A DNA stretch of 23,913 bases from an archaeon. Its GTDB lineage: Archaea > Asgardarchaeota > Heimdallarchaeia > Hodarchaeales > S146-22. The stretch lies in assembly GCA_024276395.1 (NCBI GenBank), contig JAJRXH010000202.1:1-23913 (forward strand), in the 5' to 3' direction. Under the pieces are notes generated by a model, which was given only the letters and a program-made list of their open reading frames with translations, did no database searches and was not told the origin of the DNA. Of the stretch, positions 18,834 to 23,913 are shown one piece after another (positions within the stretch are counted from its first letter, which is position 1; every line of letters starts with the position of its first letter). Made by a program: the position numbers and the translations under genes.

Positions 18834-19388
18834 TTGGAACAATTAAAGACAAAGCTGCTAGGAATTGAAGAAGATGTCGAGGAAATACGGATTCTCGAAC
18901 AGCAACAAAAAATACATAAGGGAAGATTTCTCGGAAAGAAGAAATTCATCAAGCAATTAGGCGACATCATTCTTCAGGAATCTGATGAACTCTCAAAGAA
19001 AAGTGGCGGTATTGTTGAATTACAGAGGTTGTATCGCCACTTAAAAAGAAAATATGACATTGATATGGATGTTACAGATGTACTCGATGCTTGCGAATTT
19101 CTGTTAGCAAAAAACGTCATCGATGCCATCATCGAATTACCAGGTTCAGTTATGAAAATCATCTCTTTTTCTCCGATGGCACTTGATGCTGAAATACGAC
19201 AATTACTATTTTTAGCAAGTTCCCACGGCGGCGTGCTAACTAGAGAAGAAATCACGCTAAGCACGGACTGGGATCAAGCTCGGATAGATCGTCTCATGGA
19301 TCTGATGGAACGAAGAGGTTTTGCCATACGAGAAAAATCCTTCGAGGGAGAAAAGTGGTACTTCCCAGCATTCTATGAAAATAAGTAA
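18834..19388 (+). CDS. vps22: ESCRT-II Vps22/Vps36-like protein (EAP30 domain, tandem winged helices)
   Basis: KKSGGIVELQRLYRHLKRK...DVTDVLDACEFLLAKNVIDAIIELPGSVMKIISFSP forms the first winged helix. SHGGVLTREEITLSTDWDQARIDRLMDLMERRGFAIREKSFEGEKWYFPAFY forms the second. Both follow the pattern I recall for eukaryotic Vps22/SNF8: GG(I/L)xxLxxL, V(S/T)xxD(L/V)xxA, VTxxE(I)...W...RA...L, and aromatic-aromatic-x-P-A-(L/F) at the C-terminus. The only usable start is TTG 18834. There is no in-frame ATG until codon ~77 and no Shine-Dalgarno. Confidence 0.78.
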   Translation: MEQLKTKLLGIEEDVEEIRILEQQQKIHKGRFLGKKKFIKQLGDIILQESDELSKKSGGIVELQRLYRHLKRKYDIDMDVTDVLDACEFLLAKNVIDAIIELPGSVMKIISFSPMALDAEIRQLLFLASSHGGVLTREEITLSTDWDQARIDRLMDLMERRGFAIREKSFEGEKWYFPAFYENK

Positions 19389-19433
19389 CCAATGAAATTA
19401 AGCAAAAATAAATAAGGATTAAGGTGTCTGTTA

Positions 19434-20084
19434 ATGTCAAAGCAATTAGAACTAAAGGATGTTATCAAGCCTATCAGTGGAGCAGCAAGCAAAAAATCTC
19501 TGTTTCGGAAAAAAAAGGTCATCTCATCACAACGAATCCGAGTAGGTGAAGAATCAATCATCACGCGCATCACATTTCAAAATGACAAAAATGCCCCAGA
19601 TTTCTTTCTCGTGACGCCTCATGAACACGCTGTCATTATTATGGATGGTGTACCATTCGAAATAAAACAAGAAGGAGCATTCGAAATCATCAAAAAGAAG
19701 AAATGGCTTCAAATCGAGATTATATGGCTAAAAAAGAATGAAATAAACATAAAATGGGGCTCTGGAGCCTTCATTACAAGCGACAGAAAAGAATTCGGAT
19801 GTTATGGCATTGCAAGAGTTCAAATTCTCCAACCTAGGCATTTCATGCTGAGAATTTTAGGTGGTGGAACTTTCTCATTTACTGACGAAGATCTTCGAAA
19901 CTTCATCCGAGCGGATCTCCTCAACACCCTTCGTAACAGTTTTTCAAGGTTTTCCATCGCCCAAATTCGGGCACAGAATAAATTACTTCAAATTCAAGTT
20001 AAGGCCAACCTCTCCCCAACCCTACGACGTTGGGGACTTGAATTGCTGGATTTTCAAATAATAGGGTTTAAATTCCAAGAATAA
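19434..20084 (+). CDS. SPFH-superfamily protein of the YdjI/Band_7_1 (COG4260-like) type, lacking the usual C-terminal zinc ribbon
   Basis: An AAGGTG Shine-Dalgarno lies about 8 nt upstream. The following match my recollection of the Band_7_1 profile: VTPHEHAVIIMDGVPFEIKQEGAFEI, IEIIWLKKNEINIKWGSGAFITSD, GCYGIARVQILQPRHFMLRILGGGTFSFTDEDLRNFIRADLLNTL and WGLELLDFQIIGFKF. That profile reads (E)xxAV..dG...pG.y.l; vyFv..re..n.kWGT; lrafG.y...v.dP..F; GiEl..f.i..i. Confidence 0.62.
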   Translation: MSKQLELKDVIKPISGAASKKSLFRKKKVISSQRIRVGEESIITRITFQNDKNAPDFFLVTPHEHAVIIMDGVPFEIKQEGAFEIIKKKKWLQIEIIWLKKNEINIKWGSGAFITSDRKEFGCYGIARVQILQPRHFMLRILGGGTFSFTDEDLRNFIRADLLNTLRNSFSRFSIAQIRAQNKLLQIQVKANLSPTLRRWGLELLDFQIIGFKFQE

Positions 20085-20141
20085 TAAAACAGATCCTCAT
20101 GATGAATGATAAATCAATAGATTTACTAGGTGACTTGAGCA

Positions 20142-21197
20142 ATGGCCGAACATAATCAAGACATTGATGAAAAAATCATGTTAAACGATGATCTACTAGA
20201 AATTAAAAGACTCCTTAAAAAAATACCAAGGTCACTTTTCTTGTTGTTAGAGAACGTGATCATCTTCATTAGCGTGTTGTTCTTACCTTTATTTCAAATG
20301 ATATATAACATCCAAGGTACAATTATTCTTGTTTCACTGTCAGGTAAAATTCTCGGGGGATTTCCCTATATCATTGCAATCATCTCTACCTACTTGATCT
20401 TCTTGTGTAGTATATATGAAATCAAGCGAAGAAAACTCAAGAATGTCAGACAAGACCGTAAACGACGTCACTTGATTGTCAACTCCTTGGATTCTCTTGC
20501 AAGCTATTCGCTGGTAATGACAATTAGCCACGTTTTACTTCTCATCTTCCTCATTCTCTTCTATCATTCCTACCTAATTAATTATGATAAAACAATAGCT
20601 AACGACCCATTGAGATTCATTCCACCACAAGTGTTATATCATAATTTACCAGATCCAACGCCATCCAGTTATTCTTGGTTCTTGAAGATATATATTGGTA
20701 GCTACATCTTAATTTCAGCTGCCTTGTTATCTTTTTTCCACGAAATTATAGTTTTTTTCCGGATTCGGAAAATAAAGAAGAAAATCTTGCCAACCATTGA
20801 TTCACTGCTGGATTTGGAGAAAAAAGCAACACCAACCGCTGAACACGAAGAAAAATCTGACATGGAATCAATTACTTATGAGCTAGAGGACGACATGGAA
20901 AAAATATCAATAGATTCTATCATTTCTACAGAAAAACAAGAACCATTACTGACATCATCAGATTCCGAGATGAGCACCACGATAGAGGCATCTTCAACAA
21001 TGGAACAATCTCAAGAAGCTATGACAGCAGCTGCATCACCATTCAGAGCAATAAAATCTTCTATTGAACCTCCAATCCGTTCAACCGGATATCTTAGGAA
21101 TTTTAAACCTCCAAAATTGAGACCGTGCAGTAATTGTAACACTAAAATTCCAATGTCTGCGAAATTTTGCTACGAATGCGGTATCCCTGCATCTTAA
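20142..21197 (+). CDS. Multi-pass membrane protein with acidic/Ser-rich linker and C-terminal zinc ribbon
   Basis: An AGGTGA Shine-Dalgarno lies 8 nt upstream. There are about 5-6 hydrophobic helices (e.g. LFLLLENVIIFISVLFLPLF, YIIAIISTYLIFLCSIY, VMTISHVLLLIFLILFY, YILISAALLSFFHEIIVFF). The C-terminal CSNCNTKIPMSAKFCYECGIP is the same zinc_ribbon_2 pattern as in the 862-aa protein. Confidence 0.82.
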   Translation: MAEHNQDIDEKIMLNDDLLEIKRLLKKIPRSLFLLLENVIIFISVLFLPLFQMIYNIQGTIILVSLSGKILGGFPYIIAIISTYLIFLCSIYEIKRRKLKNVRQDRKRRHLIVNSLDSLASYSLVMTISHVLLLIFLILFYHSYLINYDKTIANDPLRFIPPQVLYHNLPDPTPSSYSWFLKIYIGSYILISAALLSFFHEIIVFFRIRKIKKKILPTIDSLLDLEKKATPTAEHEEKSDMESITYELEDDMEKISIDSIISTEKQEPLLTSSDSEMSTTIEASSTMEQSQEAMTAAASPFRAIKSSIEPPIRSTGYLRNFKPPKLRPCSNCNTKIPMSAKFCYECGIPAS

Positions 21198-21203
21198 TGA
21201 ATA

Positions 21204-21218
21204 TCTTTCTCTTTTCTT
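21204..21218 (+). terminator. Pyrimidine/T-rich tract downstream of the last + strand gene, a possible archaeal-type terminator
   Basis: TCTTTCTCTTTTCTT begins 7 nt after the TAA at 21195-21197, in the 63-nt convergent gap. Archaeal termination commonly uses oligo-T tracts. There is no supporting hairpin, so this call is weak. Confidence 0.25.
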
Positions 21219-21260
21219 GACATGAATCCAAAGAACCACATCACATCTAAGAGTTTTTCA

Positions 21261-22409
21261 TTATTTTTCCATCAATTTTACATGATTTCCTTCGATTAAT
21301 AGAGCAATAAGCTCATTGGAAAGGCCGTGCAAGAGATGTTCTAATACCACGAATTGATCAACTTGTAACGTGACCGTCGCATCGCAGTAAAAACCTTGCA
21401 AGAGGGGAAGATTAGCCAAGGGGCTTACATCAATGACCTTTAGGCGATTTTCGCCTAACGTCAAGTATTCTAAAGACAGGCAATGCTCAATTGGGCTCAT
21501 GTCTATCTGTTCCAACTCATTTCGTGCCAATTTCAGAACTCGTAAGCGATGACACTCGGCCAGGGGAGAAAGATCTATCCGAGAAAGTCGATTGAAAGAA
21601 AGATCCAATTCTTTTAATCGCCTACAAGAAGCCAATGGAAGCAGATCAACTTGTTGAAGCTCATTCTCTTGTAATCCTAGATACGTGAGATTTGAGCAAT
21701 GACGAAGCGGTGAAAGATCCACGAATTCCAAATGATTCTGATACAAGCCAAGACTGCTTAAATGAATACAACGAGACAAGGGTGTCAAGTCCATTTCAGA
21801 GACGGCAATATCATGTAATCCCAGGACCGCCAAGCTTGGAAAGAGCTTGAAAGAAGAAAGATCCAGTTCACCCAATGGATTTTCCGAAAGATGCAAGAAG
21901 GCCATGTTCTCCTTGTGGCCAAGAACTTCAAGATTTACCTCAGAGAGACCATTTTTACGCAAGCTCAAGTATTCTAATAGATGACATGAACGTAATGGCG
22001 AAAGATCAATATGTTCCAATTGATTTTCGGAAAGATAAAGTTGTCGAACCTCTTTTAGATTCGATAAAGAACTCAAATCAACTTCGACTAGCTGGTTTTT
22101 CCACAATTTCAAGCTCTTGAGACGGGGACAATGACGGAGCGATGCAAGGTCAACATCTTCAAGCATGTTTTCGGAAAGATCAAGCTCAATGAGGTTCGAA
22201 CAATGGCGGAGGGGAGATAAATCGATCGATCGCAGTCCAACCTTCCATAACTTGAGATGTTGCACCCGTGGACAATGCTGCAGGAATGAAAGATCTATTT
22301 CACTTAAATTCGTTCCATAAAATGAAAGATAAGTCACGTCACGAGCAACTTTTCTTACCTGTCGCGTGCCATCCCAATTTTTCCCCATTACCAATACTTT
22401 CTCCATCAT
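21261..22409 (-). CDS. Leucine-rich-repeat protein (about 13 tandem 24-residue LRRs)
   Basis: The repeating unit is DLSPLxxCxxLxxLxLxxNxLxx(V/I), e.g. DLSPLRHCSNLIELDLSENMLEDV and DLSPLRHCSNLTYLGLQENELQQV. An in-frame TAG lies immediately upstream of the ATGATG start. The gene is convergent with the + strand block. Confidence 0.92.
   Translation of the reverse strand: MMEKVLVMGKNWDGTRQVRKVARDVTYLSFYGTNLSEIDLSFLQHCPRVQHLKLWKVGLRSIDLSPLRHCSNLIELDLSENMLEDVDLASLRHCPRLKSLKLWKNQLVEVDLSSLSNLKEVRQLYLSENQLEHIDLSPLRSCHLLEYLSLRKNGLSEVNLEVLGHKENMAFLHLSENPLGELDLSSFKLFPSLAVLGLHDIAVSEMDLTPLSRCIHLSSLGLYQNHLEFVDLSPLRHCSNLTYLGLQENELQQVDLLPLASCRRLKELDLSFNRLSRIDLSPLAECHRLRVLKLARNELEQIDMSPIEHCLSLEYLTLGENRLKVIDVSPLANLPLLQGFYCDATVTLQVDQFVVLEHLLHGLSNELIALLIEGNHVKLMEK
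21375..22334 (-). repeat. 72-nt periodic coding repeat (LRR array)
   Basis: About 13 consecutive 24-codon units are read directly from the translation. Cys is conserved at repeat position 8 in 10 of the 13 full units. Confidence 0.8.
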
Positions 22410-22465
22410 CTAGCACGACCACTTTACCAGCAACCGCGGAACATGAGGAAACGAACGATCGTACA

Positions 22466-23233
22466 CTACTCATCCTTGAGGGCAAGAACCAAGAGAGAAT
22501 CACTTGTTTCGGGATCAAAAGCCGAACCGTCATGGTCTGAATAAGATTCTACTTGCTGGAATCCCACGTCACGTAGAATTTCCTCCAATTCAGTTCGTGT
22601 TTTCATTTTCAAGAGATTAGAGTCCCATTCAACCGTCCAATTGTCAGATCCCTTGCCATTTTCAGTAACATCCCGAGACAGAAAAACAAAATCTGCCAAG
22701 ATCCCGGTTGGACGAGGTTCAAAACGCTTGAGAAGGAGAACCTCCTTACCGTCAACCTTTAGGCTTCTTGAAGCCATGTACCCATTTCGAGGATTCTCTG
22801 GATTTAATTGTTGTGCAAAAAAGAAGCCACCGGGATTAATCGTCTCATGTACCTTCTTGAAAAACGTCATGGCTTCAGTATCCGTCAGAATGATTCCCAA
22901 GGCATTTCCGAGGCAGATCATTGCATCTACTCGAACGTCACTGGATACTTGAAAGATATCCCCATGAATGAGTTGAATCTGGTCTTGAAGTCCAGCTTTC
23001 TCCACGTTGTCTCTTGCCACTGCCAGCATATCCTCGTCAACATCGACTCCAATCACTGAAATGCCAAGATCCTTTGCCAGGGCAATGGCATGCACTCCCG
23101 GGCCACACCCAAGATCTAACAGAGTTTCCACGTCGTGCTGCCGACAAAGTCGTTCAAGAAATGGTAACTCGTGATTTAACCTTTTTTGCCAGTTCACTTG
23201 AAGGTAATATAGTTTAGCCTTGCTGAGGGACAT
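22466..23233 (-). CDS. Class I SAM-dependent methyltransferase
   Basis: Motif I is LLDLGCGPGVHAIALAK, the post-I acidic residue is in VIGVDVDEDM, and LIHGDIF and MICLGNALG follow. I place the start at ATG 23233 (MSLSKAKLYY...) because GAGGTGG lies 5 nt upstream. The track start at 23272 is a TTG with no Shine-Dalgarno. Confidence 0.88.
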   Translation of the reverse strand: MSLSKAKLYYLQVNWQKRLNHELPFLERLCRQHDVETLLDLGCGPGVHAIALAKDLGISVIGVDVDEDMLAVARDNVEKAGLQDQIQLIHGDIFQVSSDVRVDAMICLGNALGIILTDTEAMTFFKKVHETINPGGFFFAQQLNPENPRNGYMASRSLKVDGKEVLLLKRFEPRPTGILADFVFLSRDVTENGKGSDNWTVEWDSNLLKMKTRTELEEILRDVGFQQVESYSDHDGSAFDPETSDSLLVLALKDE

Positions 23234-23613
23234 TTTTCCACCTCTTAAGATTCTCTCAAAATGAACGATCAAAATCTAAAGTTTGCTTGACGTGTAGAAC
23301 CAAGGATTGAATCTATCTTGTTAACACTGATGCTGAATCATTCATCTTATTGTACCATTATTTCTTGGACTTTATATGACTTGTGACGAAGACGATCCAC
23401 GCGCAAGCTTGCCTGCTTGTTAGATGGGAAATTGAATGGCCATGGCAATCGACCTTCCTTCTATAACGAGTAAAAGGCAATAATGGAAAGGTAAAAATAA
23501 ACTCGTGATCTAGTAAATTTTCACGGCTTTTTCTCACGACTGAAAGTCATGCAAAAGAAGTAAAGTCTCACGTGCAATGGAATGATTGAGAGGACGTTCA
23601 ATCACTCAAGGTG
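23234..23613. promoter_or_regulatory. Divergent intergenic region between the methyltransferase (-) and the partial membrane gene (+), with candidate operator-like motifs
   Basis: At 380 nt this is the longest non-coding stretch in the window. TCTCACG occurs twice (23532-23538 and 23566-23572), TCACG once more at 23521-23525, and inverted CGTGA at 23504-23508. There is a CACGTG palindrome at 23569-23574 and a 7-bp inverted repeat TGATTGA(N8)TCAATCA at 23583-23604. A/T-rich TATA-like stretches include CTTTATATGA ~23369-23378 and AAAAATAAA ~23493-23501. I cannot place a transcription start. Confidence 0.3.
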
Positions 23614-23913
23614 ATGAAAAAAATGGATGACGAAATCATCTTGATCGTTCAACTGTTCAACGTGCTCGCTTGTCTAGCTGGTTTCTTTCTATTCGTGAAA
23701 AGTTGGACCTATGCCAGAAAGATCCAAAAATTGCTGGAAGAAACACGCATCGTCAAGAAATGGAGACTGGCCACCTATTTAGTTGGCATGTTTTCCTTGG
23801 GATACCTAATAAACATTCCACTCGTATTTTTCTATACCTTGGAGGCCTTGTTAATAATTGAAGGCGCCATCTTTCTTTTTGGTGCCATTTTCGTGCTCAT
23901 CGTATTTAATTTA
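23614..23913 (+). CDS. 3'-partial membrane protein (at least 100 aa, 3 or more TM helices), absent from the supplied ORF track
   Basis: My manual translation of frame 1 from ATG 23614 (or ATG 23623) gives MKKMDDEIILIVQLFNVLACLAGFFLFVKSWTYARKIQKLLEETRIVKKWRLATYLVGMFSLGYLINIPLVFFYTLEALLIIEGAIFLFGAIFVLIVFNL with no stop up to the window end. AGGTGA lies at 23608-23613. Hydrophobic helices alternate with basic loops. Confidence 0.6.
   Translation, partial: MKKMDDEIILIVQLFNVLACLAGFFLFVKSWTYARKIQKLLEETRIVKKWRLATYLVGMFSLGYLINIPLVFFYTLEALLIIEGAIFLFGAIFVLIVFNL

Noticed and set aside
18683-20531. ORFs 18683-18970 (-), 18974-19264 (-), 19373-19573 (-), 19861-20061 (+) and 20340-20531 (-)
   Set aside because: They are nested in or antisense to the helical, Vps22-like, SPFH-like and membrane genes, whose frames have recognisable domain signatures.
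21875-23217. + strand ORFs opposite the LRR and methyltransferase genes (21875-22120, 22268-22540, 22641-22952, 22808-23059, 23014-23217) and the - strand ORF 22339-22533
   Set aside because: The minus-strand frames encode a perfect LRR array and SAM-methyltransferase motifs, so these are mirror ORFs. ORF 22339-22533 spans the gap between the two real genes in a third frame with no start signal.
23670-23861. 63-aa ORF from the track
   Set aside because: It overlaps, in a different frame, a longer edge-truncated ORF with membrane-protein character and a Shine-Dalgarno, and its translation (…RNTHRQEMETGHLFSWHVFLG…) has no coding hallmarks.
1-23913. Search for tRNA or rRNA genes, CRISPR repeats, IS elements, integrases, long terminal or inverted repeats, and prophage or defence-island hallmarks
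   Set aside because: There are no direct repeats of CRISPR length and spacing, and the few non-coding stretches contain no cloverleaf-compatible sequence. No transposase or integrase motifs appear in any long ORF. The only periodic sequences are the coding LRR and zinc-ribbon arrays.

Overview
AT-rich, almost fully coding prokaryotic fragment. I support 14 protein-coding genes and found no rRNA, tRNA, CRISPR array, transposase or integrase by eye. The source is most likely an Asgard-type archaeon. This is an inference from an EAP30/Vps22-like (ESCRT-II) gene, surface proteins saturated with N-x-S/T sequons, a Cys-bearing LRR protein, Shine-Dalgarno-led genes and ATGA-overlapping gene pairs. 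Eleven genes form one tightly packed co-directional block on the + strand (nt 1-21197): (1) a giant surface beta-sandwich protein of more than 2,680 aa, truncated at the 5' window edge, with a C-terminal TM helix and a cytoplasmic DUF4129-like tail; (2) a DUF4350-like membrane protein; (3) a MoxR AAA+ ATPase; (4) a DUF58 (vWA-like) protein; (5) a 598-aa polytopic membrane protein; (6) an 862-aa protein with about 13 zinc ribbons and a small C-terminal nuclease-fold-like domain; (7) a type-I Ig-like membrane glycoprotein; (8) a 147-aa helical protein; (9) a Vps22/EAP30-like ESCRT-II protein, separated from (8) by a single in-frame TAA; (10) a YdjI-type SPFH (Band_7_1-like) protein; (11) a multi-TM protein ending in a zinc ribbon. 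The minus strand carries a 382-aa LRR protein and a class-I SAM methyltransferase. A membrane-protein ORF missing from the supplied track runs off the 3' edge. The main candidate for something new is the physical fusion of a MoxR/DUF58/DUF4350/DUF4129 chaperone module with an ESCRT-II-like/SPFH/zinc-ribbon membrane module around giant glycoproteins. All family calls are motif recognition by eye and need profile searches.
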